Part shown: positions 49,830-59,128 of the stretch, piece by piece
Layout of the letters: every line of letters starts with the position of its first letter
How positions within the stretch are numbered: position 1 is the first letter of the stretch
Assembly (NCBI GenBank): GCA_037443035.1
Contig: JBBIPC010000022.1
Coordinates: 1-64,000, forward strand
Length of the DNA: 64,000 nt
Direction: 5' to 3'
Source: Chthonomonadales bacterium
Lineage (GTDB): Bacteria > Armatimonadota > Chthonomonadetes > Chthonomonadales > CAJBBX01
Position numbers and translations under genes: made by a program
Notes under the pieces: generated by a model
Databases searched by the model: none
What the model was told of the DNA's origin: nothing
Seen by the model: the letters and a program-made list of their open reading frames with translations, nothing else

Positions 49830-51071
49830 TCAGTCACTATGGCCCTGCTTTCTCCCCACTGTCACTTCCCGGACATGTGTGTAAACGGACAGTAGAGCCG
49901 ATGTGACCGCCGATACAGAGTATTTCGTGTTCACAAGCTTTCGCCCCTGTTCTCCCATTGTGAAGCGCAGGTCAGGATCGCAGAGAAGCTGTAGGATCGA
50001 GCCGGCGACATCGCCGGGAGCCTGACTCACGCACAGCCCAGCTCCGTTCCCTTGGACTAGCTCGGGCAAGCCGCGCGCCATACCGCCCACGACCGGCTTT
50101 CCGTAGCTCCACGCCTCCAGATACACAGTAGGGAGGATCTCGCTCATGGAAGGCATGCAAAAGACGTCACAGGCCGATAGCGCATCGGCCTTCTCCTGAC
50201 GCGACACCTTGCCAAGATAGATGGCGCGCTGGTCCAGATCCCGGAAGACCTGTGCCTCCTCCGGTGTGGCCGGTCCGATGAACACGAAGCGCGTCTCTGG
50301 TTTCTTGGCCCACACGAGTTCGGCGCCGCGTAGCACGGATTCCGCACCCTTCTGTCGCATCATTCGCCCGATATATAGAACCATTGGTGCATCGTTGATG
50401 GCATGTTTCCTCCGAAAACGTTCCCCATCAGCCGTAGCGGGAAGATCCGGCGAGACTCCGATGGTGTGCAGCCTGTCTGCAGGCACACCGAGGGTGCGTA
50501 AGTACTCGGTGTCGGTTTCCACCAATCCTATGACGGCATCACACTGCCTGTAATACGCGGCGTCGTCGGGACCGTCCCCCCACTGGTGCGGATGCACGTA
50601 CGGCGTTACGACCAAAGGAATCCCGATGTTACGAGTGACGAACCGAGTTGCCCAGCCAAGGTATCCGAAGCCGTGCGAATGAACGACGTCAGCTCCCTCT
50701 AGAATCCTGCGAAGCTTCGGCTCATAGACCCGGCGATACCACGGATACCCGAACCTCCGAAGCCCGTGATAGGCGTATCGTTGCCATCTCGGAGCGCACC
50801 GAATGGCGATAGGCAACATACGAAGGCGTTCGGCGAGCGTCGGAGTCAGTGCATGAACTGGTACCCCGTCGTCCACATAGCTGTCAAAGTGTGGTGCCAG
50901 TACACTCTCATGGAGCTGTGCCAAACGCCGCCAGCCGCGATAAGGCTGGAAGTTTACGGCAGCGATCTCTACGTTGTGCGACCGCGACAGCTCGTGGGCT
51001 ACCTGGCGAACGTGCGTCTCGACGCCGCCTACGAACGGGAAGTAGTTTTGGGTCACGTAAACGATCTTCAT
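49830..51071 (-). CDS. Glycosyltransferase family 4
   Basis: PFVGGVE, GRMMRQKG, EILPTVYLEAW; may start further up at 51131. Confidence 0.9.
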   Translation of the reverse strand: MKIVYVTQNYFPFVGGVETHVRQVAHELSRSHNVEIAAVNFQPYRGWRRLAQLHESVLAPHFDSYVDDGVPVHALTPTLAERLRMLPIAIRCAPRWQRYAYHGLRRFGYPWYRRVYEPKLRRILEGADVVHSHGFGYLGWATRFVTRNIGIPLVVTPYVHPHQWGDGPDDAAYYRQCDAVIGLVETDTEYLRTLGVPADRLHTIGVSPDLPATADGERFRRKHAINDAPMVLYIGRMMRQKGAESVLRGAELVWAKKPETRFVFIGPATPEEAQVFRDLDQRAIYLGKVSRQEKADALSACDVFCMPSMSEILPTVYLEAWSYGKPVVGGMARGLPELVQGNGAGLCVSQAPGDVAGSILQLLCDPDLRFTMGEQGRKLVNTKYSVSAVTSALLSVYTHVREVTVGRKQGHSD

Positions 51072-51173
51072 TGGGCGTTTCTGGGACGCAGTTGCGTAAC
51101 GTTCTTCTACGCCAGACGGTGCATCAACCACAGCAACAAACCGATAGCCATGCTTACGATGTCTGGAGCAACA

Positions 51174-51390
51174 TCAGACACCGCCGGATCCACACCGTAA
51201 CATTGCAGTACACATTGCTGAGCTCAACTCGGCGGGGCTTCGTAACACGATGTCACTGTGGTCCACCTGATCCGCGAGTCCTCCCACGTCTGTGACAATC
51301 ACCGGCTTGCCGAACAGCTTGGCCCGGGCGACAACACTGGACGAGAAAGCTCTCGGGTAGGGCGCGACAACAACAGAAGCCTGCGTGTCT
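51174..51390 (-). pseudogene. Remnant C-terminus of a GT4 glycosyltransferase
   Basis: VVVAPY...SSSVVARAKLFGKPVIVTDVGGLADQ with no N-terminal domain. Confidence 0.7.
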
Positions 51391-51438
51391 GAACTCAACC
51401 CACGAAGGAGAAGCAGAAGCATGTGACATAGATGATCC

Positions 51439-52392
51439 TCACCGCACATTCCTGAAGCCTGGTTCTGTGAAGAACGACAACAAATACCTCCTGATTGCGC
51501 CAAATGTGAATCGTAAAGCGACTTTCACGCGCCCCTCATGGAAATAACGGTCCGCTGCCCGAATACCCTTCCAAGGGTCAAGCCGATAGTACCGGAACCA
51601 TTCCGCCCTCTGAACAATGTTGCGCTGCTCATCTGTCAGCCAGTCCGCCCGACGCCACCAATCCACGACGCGCTGTTCCGCGCGTTCCTGTCTGCCGGCG
51701 ACGCGGGAGCTCTGGCCTGGTCGAACTCGGTACAGGTATAACGGCTTCGGTACGAAGTGAACCTCGCCGTAGAGTGCAAACTGCGGAAAGAGGATTACGC
51801 CCTCTCCATGCTGACCGAAGGATTCATCCCATTTGGTTGTCTGCTCGAAGACGGACCGTCGCATGAAGGCAACCGGCTCGGGTACGGGAGCCCAGCAGTA
51901 GAGACTCTCGAACGGGGTTCCGGGTTCGTCGTCAGACAATGCTCGGACCCCAAGCCCGAAAGGGACGTAGCGCGCCCCGGGATCGGTCGGCAGCGGCTCG
52001 TCATTCACATCGATGAGCTGATACGCGCAGAACGCCATAGTCACGTGTGGTCGCACGTCGAGGTACTGTACCATCGTTTCGATGAGATTGGGTTCGAGTA
52101 AGTCATCCGAATCAGGAAAGTACACATAGTCGCACGCGCTTGAACTTGCCGCGTACCCCACGTTCCGGGCTGCACATACCCCGGCATTGCTCTGCCGTAT
52201 CAGCCGTGCACGCGGCTCGTTGGCTATCGCTCGCTCGACAACTGCCGCGGTGTCGTCCGTGCTCCCGTCGTCAACGAGTATGTGCTCCCACTCAGTGAAG
52301 GTCTGATGCCGTACGCTCTCGATCATACGTTCCACGTAAGGAGCGACGTCGTAGCAAGGCGTAATGATGCTAACCCTCGGGGTTTTGACCAT
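51439..52392 (-). CDS. Glycosyltransferase family 2
   Basis: VSIITPCY, VDDGSTD, NAGVCAARN, DSDD. Confidence 0.92.
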   Translation of the reverse strand: MVKTPRVSIITPCYDVAPYVERMIESVRHQTFTEWEHILVDDGSTDDTAAVVERAIANEPRARLIRQSNAGVCAARNVGYAASSSACDYVYFPDSDDLLEPNLIETMVQYLDVRPHVTMAFCAYQLIDVNDEPLPTDPGARYVPFGLGVRALSDDEPGTPFESLYCWAPVPEPVAFMRRSVFEQTTKWDESFGQHGEGVILFPQFALYGEVHFVPKPLYLYRVRPGQSSRVAGRQERAEQRVVDWWRRADWLTDEQRNIVQRAEWFRYYRLDPWKGIRAADRYFHEGRVKVALRFTFGAIRRYLLSFFTEPGFRNVR

Positions 52393-53319
52393 CTACGTGG
52401 GGGCTGATTGCAGTGGCGCAGGTGCCGGTATCCGCAGCGCGGCTTTGACCGCTACTTTCAGTGTCTTCAGGTCGCACACAGTAGGATCAAGCGCAAGCAT
52501 CCTACGAAAGAACATCAGGGAAACCCTTGGATTCCGCGTCCATGCATAGTGCTCGATGGCGACGCGACGACAGAAACGGGCCGAGCACTTGCGAATCGTC
52601 TTGCGCAGGGGATCGTTGGCCGGGAGCGAGGCCATAGCCTTTGCATGCGCCAAGACCATGTCGAGGTCCTGCTTGTATCTCAGAGTCACGGTCTTTGACG
52701 ACTGGTGCAGGCGGTAGAGGGAGAGGAGTCGGTCCATGCCGCGAATGCGGTGCCCCAGCAGCATTGCGCGAAGCCAGTAATCATGGTCGAAGGCATACTG
52801 ATACCTGTCATCGAAAAAACCCACAGCTCGGCAGACGTTCATCCGCACGAACAGCGACGGTTGCGGTACTAAATTCTCCTCGATGAAACGTTCCAGAGAA
52901 AGATCGCCCACGAAGGGGCATTCCTGCAACGGAGTTCCATCTGCCGAGATGTATTGGCATCGTCCCAGCAGCATCGTCAACGATGGGTCGGTGGAGAACG
53001 CCTTGCCCACAGCCCGCAAGGTCCCCGGCGTGTACAGATCGTCCGAGTTCAGAAACGCGAACACGTCTCCCGTAGCCCTGCGCAGCCCCTTGTTCAACGC
53101 ATCGGTCTGCCCCCGGTCCTTCTCGCTGACCCACCAGGCAAGGTGCTTCTCGTACTTGCGGATGATCTCCACGGAGCCGTCTGTGCTCCCGCCGTCCACG
53201 ATCATCCACTCAAGGTTCGGGTAGTCCTGCTCCAGCACGGACAGGATCGTGGCCTCGAGGTACTGCGCCTGGTTGAACGATGGGGTGACGAGGGTGAGCT
53301 TGGGTAGGCTCATTGCCAT
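52393..53319 (-). CDS. Glycosyltransferase family 2
   Basis: VTPSFNQ, DGGSTDGS, EKDRGQTDALNKG, LNSDD. Confidence 0.94.
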   Translation of the reverse strand: MAMSLPKLTLVTPSFNQAQYLEATILSVLEQDYPNLEWMIVDGGSTDGSVEIIRKYEKHLAWWVSEKDRGQTDALNKGLRRATGDVFAFLNSDDLYTPGTLRAVGKAFSTDPSLTMLLGRCQYISADGTPLQECPFVGDLSLERFIEENLVPQPSLFVRMNVCRAVGFFDDRYQYAFDHDYWLRAMLLGHRIRGMDRLLSLYRLHQSSKTVTLRYKQDLDMVLAHAKAMASLPANDPLRKTIRKCSARFCRRVAIEHYAWTRNPRVSLMFFRRMLALDPTVCDLKTLKVAVKAALRIPAPAPLQSAPT

Positions 53320-54536
53320 CTCCTCGAAGATGCGGCTTCTTTGGCTACCTTAAGGAAGCGCTCAGCGAACGCCCGCATCCGCGGCAGGAGGTTCGCACGA
53401 GCCGCGCCTTCCAACTCGGGGTCCGGTCCAGCACGATAAGCTTCCCACATCTCAGCAAGCTTCCGAGACAGATCCTGCGCATCGTTCACATTGAAGTATA
53501 CACCACTTGGAGGGTCCTGCTCGCGGTGTACAGGCAAGTCCGAGGCGAGCACGGCCTTCCCGAGCGACTTGGCCTCCTCGACGCCGACGTTCCACCCCTC
53601 GAATCGTGAGGGCTGCAGAAGAGCGACCGACTGGCGCATAAGCGGCAGCACGTGGCCGCGGGGAACGTAGCCGAGGATGATCATCCGCTCACGCATCCCC
53701 CGTGACGAGATAGCGCACAGAAGTTCCCCGAAAAACGTAGGATTCCGGTCATCGTATGGGTTACCGGTGCACACCACGACAACGCCGGCGGACCTGGCAG
53801 GCTCCGTCTCCAAGGCCTGGAGCACAAGATGATGGTTCTTGTGGGCCCAAAACTGGTTGGGAATATAGAAGTAGCGGTCCGGCAAGTGATACTTCTCGCA
53901 CACCCACGCCGGATCGCGATCGTAGATGCTGTCGGGCACGGGAGACACGAATCGGACCACGCGCGCCTTCGGGACGTGGTGAGGGAACAGCCCTGCGAGA
54001 TCCGCCTTGACCGCCTCGCTACTCATGACGATGATGTCGGCGCGGTCGGCGATCTCTTTGGCGGCCGCATGGACCGCCTCGGTTCCATCGCGCGAATATG
54101 CTTCAGGCACGTGCGCATACTGAAAGTCTGGGATCCAACCCAGGAACGGAGTCGGACCGGCACCGGGAAACACCTGTGTGCCAAACAGAACGCTGGCGTG
54201 CCAGTCCCTCAGAGCCTTCTCCGTGGTCGTTACAGTACGGACGGGCAACCCAATTCTGCCGGCCTTGTTCAGGAGTCGCTGCCCGAGCGGTATACCCACG
54301 CTACGAGGCTGCACTACGATCAGCTCATCGGCCAGGTCTCCCTTGCGACGGGCGTCCGCTTCGGCATCCCAGCTCAACAGACCCGTGACCGGCCTTTCGG
54401 CATCACGCAGTGTCGCGAACGCCGCTCGGAGCAATCGGTAGTACTCGAGCCCTCCCGTCCACTGCTCGCTCATGGGCCCCAAGGCGAGGCGGAGGGCAGC
54501 TGGAAGCGGCGCCTCTCGATCGGATGATATGTTCAT
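53310..54536 (-). CDS. Glycosyltransferase family 4
   Basis: WTGG..Y, WIPDFQ, PNQFWAHKNH, PSRFEGW...EEAKSLGK. Confidence 0.9.
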   Translation of the reverse strand: MNISSDREAPLPAALRLALGPMSEQWTGGLEYYRLLRAAFATLRDAERPVTGLLSWDAEADARRKGDLADELIVVQPRSVGIPLGQRLLNKAGRIGLPVRTVTTTEKALRDWHASVLFGTQVFPGAGPTPFLGWIPDFQYAHVPEAYSRDGTEAVHAAAKEIADRADIIVMSSEAVKADLAGLFPHHVPKARVVRFVSPVPDSIYDRDPAWVCEKYHLPDRYFYIPNQFWAHKNHHLVLQALETEPARSAGVVVVCTGNPYDDRNPTFFGELLCAISSRGMRERMIILGYVPRGHVLPLMRQSVALLQPSRFEGWNVGVEEAKSLGKAVLASDLPVHREQDPPSGVYFNVNDAQDLSRKLAEMWEAYRAGPDPELEGAARANLLPRMRAFAERFLKVAKEAASSRRWQ

Positions 54537-55417
54537 CTTGGTTTACGCAGGACAAAGGAAAAAAGCCGGCCCGGGGTTCTGTCGAAGTGGGACATCCTCC
54601 TCAAGTACCAAGCTCGGACTGGCTTCAGACGGAGTGCTACCGCAGCCAACCTCTTACCGGTCTTTCGTGACAAGTTGCGAACTGCCTCGGAGTGGATGTC
54701 CTCACGGGTTCTTGGATAGTAGTTAATGGGCGTGTCGTAAGGGCCAAGGATATCAACCTTCTGAAAGCCTGCTTTGCATGCCGCATCCAAATACGCGTAA
54801 AGCGGGTAGGCGTTTTCCCTGCCGTACAACCAGTGAAGCGGGTGCGCGGCCAGGAACGCCTCGAGCTGTTCTTGATCGTCCGCAACATGCTCCCGGCAAG
54901 CAACGAGGATGCCACCGGGAACCAGCACCCTCCAGCACTCGGCCAACCCTCCTGCCAGGCTCTCGAAGTGGTGAAGCACTTGACGAGCGTAGATACCACT
55001 AACGCTTCTTGAACGAACAGGTAGACGTTCGGACGTGCCGGCTACAGGCCAAATGCGGCCTGCAACCACGTCGCGACGAGCGAGCTCTGCCGTTGCGCCC
55101 AAGCCTACGCTGTCCGACAGATCGGGATCCAGCGCAAGGACCTTGAAGCCATGGGCGGCGAGCGCATAGGCAGCGATACCGTTGCCACACCCCAAATCCA
55201 TCAACGGCTCATCTTGTTTCTTGATATAGCGCCGCAAAATGCGCAAGACTTCGTTGAACTCATCACTTGTTGCGTACCGCTCCGCCTCCGCCACCACATT
55301 TTCATTCAGATAGGATTCATGTACCACGCGTGCCATTTCCGGCTGGGCGCGCATCCAACGAACTGCCTGTTCCCAAGTGTACGGAGCTTCGCTGTTGTGG
55401 CCAAACATTTCAGTCAA
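54533..55417 (-). CDS. Class I SAM-dependent methyltransferase
   Basis: DLGCGNG, LP......YARQVLHH, RVLVPGG; start TTG 55417 or ATG 55408. Confidence 0.9.
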   Translation of the reverse strand: MTEMFGHNSEAPYTWEQAVRWMRAQPEMARVVHESYLNENVVAEAERYATSDEFNEVLRILRRYIKKQDEPLMDLGCGNGIAAYALAAHGFKVLALDPDLSDSVGLGATAELARRDVVAGRIWPVAGTSERLPVRSRSVSGIYARQVLHHFESLAGGLAECWRVLVPGGILVACREHVADDQEQLEAFLAAHPLHWLYGRENAYPLYAYLDAACKAGFQKVDILGPYDTPINYYPRTREDIHSEAVRNLSRKTGKRLAAVALRLKPVRAWYLRRMSHFDRTPGRLFSFVLRKPR

Positions 55418-55682
55418 GGTATCGCTCCACGATCGCGACTAACTCCTGCATTCGCAGTTTCCAGTTATGTTCACGCAGCGTCCTTCCTTGCCCCGCCGCG
55501 GCGATTCGAAACGCTTCCTCAGAATGTGTGAGATAGTGGCGTACCAATTCAACACATTCTTCTGCCGTATGGTACGCGACAACCTCGTCGCCAATCGCAA
55601 AGTATTTGCCGAGGTCCGGCTTCCAGTCGGTCACCAGAAGAGCGCCCATCCCTGTTGCCTCGAACAACCGAAGATTGTTGGC
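55376..55682. repeat. Direct repeat B, downstream copy (GT 3' end + methyltransferase start)
   Basis: 307 bp matching 58822-59128 at offset 3446 with no difference seen. Confidence 0.95.
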
Positions 55683-55725
55683 ATACGGACCGATGTCCCC
55701 GTGGTGGTTCAGCGTGATCCTTTGT
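55410..55725 (-). pseudogene. 3' remnant of a CgeB/DUF3880-type glycosyltransferase
   Basis: RITLNHHGDIGPYANNLRLFEATG...ERYLD; only the last ~100 codons; paralog of 58856-59980. Confidence 0.85.
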
Positions 55726-55759
55726 CTCGCAATCCTCCGGTCTGCGCCGGCATACTAGC

Positions 55760-56800
55760 TCAAGCAAGTAGTCTCCATAAGTTAGAGTAGAAGGCCCGCG
55801 GCTTGATCCATTCGTCGTATATGCGCCTTGCCTGTAGCTGGCGATGCTGGAACTCGCGCTCGCTCATCGCTTCGTGCAGCTTCGTTAGGACGGTCGCCAG
55901 GTGGCTTGCCTGAGACGCCGGAACTCGAAGGATGCACTGATCCCAGTCTATATACTTGTCGAACGGAAAGACACAATCGGAGTCGATCACTACTGGGATA
56001 CGGCCACATGACAGCACTTCATACAGCCTATATGAGTAGTTCCCGCCGCCACGGCACACCAAGGCGTACGCATTGTCGAACATGTTGTGTGCATACTCGA
56101 GCCGCTGTTCCATCGTCGCGAGACCCGTGAGCCCGCCGGCACGCACAACCACACGAGCCTCGACACCCGGCGAACTCAGCAGGCTTCGTACTGCGCGCCC
56201 CCGCAAAACTGCTCCAATATGGGCCGCTTTTCGAGACCGAAACGCCCTGACGAGAGTATGCGCCACCGTTCTGCCTGGCAGGAAGTCCACATAGCCAACA
56301 TAGCCAATCGTGGGTCTAGGCAACTTGGGCAACACCCGAGGCTTGCCTTGTCCGTACGCGGCCATGAAGTCAACGCTCCAACATGGCAAGGCGTGTTCGT
56401 TTGGTAAGCGGCGAGAGGCATACAGCGATGTCCGGAAGACGATGGCCGAATCGACTGGAATAGGATCATCCGAGTCATGGATCGACATGACTACCATGGG
56501 TTTTCCGCGACCACGTGCAAGTGATGCGACTTCGTGTATCCTTGAGTCCGGACGCTGAGGATTCCATTCCGCTGGGTACAACACAAAATCGCATTCATCG
56601 ATCGTGCTCAGCACGAACAGCTTGTCCGCAACCTGATAGTATTCGTCGAACCTTCCCGCGTTTAGAAACGAAGCTTCCGGCTCGACGCAATTCCAAAGTG
56701 GACGGAGCAGTGGCAGAGGCTTGGCGCCCGTCGGGAGCCAAGATGGATCCGCAAAGATCTGCATGCGCCGACCGAGATCGGCGGGACGGTCTTCTGCCAT
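55760..56800 (-). CDS. Exostosin (GT47)-like protein
   Basis: IGYVG, R..Y..NM, YALVCRGGGNYSYRLYEVLSCGRIPVVI, FPFDKYIDW. Confidence 0.8.
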   Translation of the reverse strand: MAEDRPADLGRRMQIFADPSWLPTGAKPLPLLRPLWNCVEPEASFLNAGRFDEYYQVADKLFVLSTIDECDFVLYPAEWNPQRPDSRIHEVASLARGRGKPMVVMSIHDSDDPIPVDSAIVFRTSLYASRRLPNEHALPCWSVDFMAAYGQGKPRVLPKLPRPTIGYVGYVDFLPGRTVAHTLVRAFRSRKAAHIGAVLRGRAVRSLLSSPGVEARVVVRAGGLTGLATMEQRLEYAHNMFDNAYALVCRGGGNYSYRLYEVLSCGRIPVVIDSDCVFPFDKYIDWDQCILRVPASQASHLATVLTKLHEAMSEREFQHRQLQARRIYDEWIKPRAFYSNLWRLLA

Positions 56801-56849
56801 CCGCCTCTCACCTCCTATGCGATAGCACGCCCAGTTGAGGTCTCGGTGT

Positions 56850-57656
56850 TTAGCGAGACATCACCCTCCGAAGCACGTACATCAGCGCTCGCACCGGGAT
56901 CTGTCGTCCGAGAGCACCATAGCGAACTTCGTGCTGGAGCCGTGCGCGCCAACGGTCAATAAAAGTATATCGTCGCGTCCACCGGGCATCCACTTCTATT
57001 CCTTCTCGTCGCAGAAACCGGACGGCCGCGGGCCACCACTTTCCTTGCTGAATACCATGCACGTACCGGAGTGGTAACGGCCCCTCCTTCATGTCAACTG
57101 GACGTACGATCGAAAGGAAGGGCTCCGACAGTTCGTTCGACCGTTCGCTCCCGAGAAATTCCACATCCCAAGCCGTCTCGCCCTCTACCAACAGACGGTC
57201 CAGCACCTGGCAGGTCCAGAAGGCCGGCTGCAGAGAAGCACGGTACGATGCGCCCGGGGATATGAGGCCAAGTCCGGGCCAATCACGCAAGTCCTTGTCC
57301 GGCCCTTGGCAGGGGTAGACGCGCACATGGCCAGCTCCTAAGGCTCTCATGGGCCCTATGAGATTCTGCAACCACTGAGTATCCACATGGGCGCATAGAA
57401 GGTAGTCTTCTAGCAAGACCAACACGATGTCTGCGTCTATCTGGCGTAATGCGGCTTTCGTCCGCGACGACCACCCCCGATCAAGGCCGGCCTGAATTGT
57501 GACGACGCCGGGATGTTCATAGGTCTTCGTGTCCGTGACAAGGTACACCGGCCAAGGACAGTCGGCCCAGTATCGGTCAAAGAGAGCGAAAAAGGGGTCC
57601 CATGCGAACTCGTAGCGATCGCATGACACCACAAGTACCGCCGCTGTTGTTGCCAT
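56850..57656 (-). CDS. Hypothetical GT-A-like protein of polysaccharide loci
   Basis: VLVVSCDRY, YWADCPWPVY, WSSR, LLEDY, SLQPAFW, GETAWDVE, GKW; GGAGG RBS. Confidence 0.65.
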   Translation of the reverse strand: MATTAAVLVVSCDRYEFAWDPFFALFDRYWADCPWPVYLVTDTKTYEHPGVVTIQAGLDRGWSSRTKAALRQIDADIVLVLLEDYLLCAHVDTQWLQNLIGPMRALGAGHVRVYPCQGPDKDLRDWPGLGLISPGASYRASLQPAFWTCQVLDRLLVEGETAWDVEFLGSERSNELSEPFLSIVRPVDMKEGPLPLRYVHGIQQGKWWPAAVRFLRREGIEVDARWTRRYTFIDRWRARLQHEVRYGALGRQIPVRALMYVLRRVMSR

Positions 57657-57941
57657 TAGCACCTCCCTGATTCGCGTAACCCCGAACCAGTGACCGCAGA
57701 TCCGAGTAGGAGTGTGGTGTGTGCATGGACGTGCTCGCACTCCACGCACACCTTTCTGGCATATTGATAAGGCGCGCTGTAACGGCAACACACAGTCACG
57801 CCCGTAATGGTGACTCTGAGACTGACCACTCCGAGACGAGAATTCACCCTCTCCTGCAGGCGCAGACTTACGCTCACAGCCCCCTCCTCGTGGCGAAGGC
57901 CGTCTCTAAACCCCTTACGCAGAGGATCGCCACATAACAGA

Positions 57942-58814
57942 CTAAGGGGTGCGCAATCGTAATCCTCTCATACGCCTCACTGCCACCGTGAATAGCCTGT
58001 TCACTATCGTTGGCGGATTGGGCAGCCCCAACACGCGATAGGCAAAGCTTCGTGCAATCTTTGTATTAACCTCGATCTTTCTCGGATATCGAAAGCGCAT
58101 AGGATTCACCGGTCTACTCAATTCAGGAACAGGTCTGAGGGACTTAACGCCACAGTTCTCTCCAACGTCATCAAAACCTACATTGTCGATATAGCTACGG
58201 TATGGATATAACGTCAGTATATCCCTGAAGAGCAACGGAAACAGCCAGAGCGGTGTCCACACCCGCGAACCGATCCTTTCGGATTGCGATGGCTCGAGAA
58301 ACCCCTTCAAGTCGTGCCCAACCAAATCCCATTCTACAGTCTCCGATCGCAGGTTCCTCCGAACTTCATCCCAATTCGGCGCTACCAAGGCCCACGAACG
58401 GCGCCAGGTGCCCCAACCCCATGACGATATTCGCCCCGTGAAGTAGCCGTCAGGAGCGCCGAAGGGCCGATAGACACCGCTCGGTCCGAAGCCCGAGATG
58501 CATCCCACACTATTCACGTCTCGATACTCCGTAAGTGAGCGTTCCATATACAACCGGAAGCCGGGGCGTGGTATACAATCATCCTCGAGTACAACGACCG
58601 CATCATACTGGCCGAACATCTCGGTCACGCCCTGCAAGACGGACTGAGCCAAGCCCAGGTTGCGCTCCCGTTCAACAAGACGAATACGTGCCCAATCAAC
58701 AGTGCTGATAGTATGACGAATCTGCCGTACAGCCGGTTCGTCATCGGGTGTTCGTGGGCCATCGCTGTAAACGGAGATTTCTGTAATTCCCTCACGCGCC
58801 AGAGCCTCGAGCAT
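57942..58814 (-). CDS. GT2-like glycosyltransferase, apparently 5'-truncated
   Basis: SDGPR, RNLGLA.S...GV, VLEDD, SSWGWGTW, NVGFD; N-terminal strand replaced by repeat B sequence. Confidence 0.7.
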   Translation of the reverse strand: MLEALAREGITEISVYSDGPRTPDDEPAVRQIRHTISTVDWARIRLVERERNLGLAQSVLQGVTEMFGQYDAVVVLEDDCIPRPGFRLYMERSLTEYRDVNSVGCISGFGPSGVYRPFGAPDGYFTGRISSWGWGTWRRSWALVAPNWDEVRRNLRSETVEWDLVGHDLKGFLEPSQSERIGSRVWTPLWLFPLLFRDILTLYPYRSYIDNVGFDDVGENCGVKSLRPVPELSRPVNPMRFRYPRKIEVNTKIARSFAYRVLGLPNPPTIVNRLFTVAVRRMRGLRLRTP

Positions 58815-58821
58815 GGCCGGC

Positions 58822-59128
58822 AGTGTACGGAGCTTCGCTGTTGTGGCCAAACATTTCAGTCAAGGTATCGCTCCACGATCGCGACTAACTCCTGCATTCG
58901 CAGTTTCCAGTTATGTTCACGCAGCGTCCTTCCTTGCCCCGCCGCGGCGATTCGAAACGCTTCCTCAGAATGTGTGAGATAGTGGCGTACCAATTCAACA
59001 CATTCTTCTGCCGTATGGTACGCGACAACCTCGTCGCCAATCGCAAAGTATTTGCCGAGGTCCGGCTTCCAGTCGGTCACCAGAAGAGCGCCCATCCCTG
59101 TTGCCTCGAACAACCGAAGATTGTTGGC
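58822..59128. repeat. Direct repeat B, upstream copy
   Basis: Matches 55376-55682; contains the first 14 codons of the methyltransferase (MTEMFGHNSEAPYT), which then run to a TGA. Confidence 0.95.
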
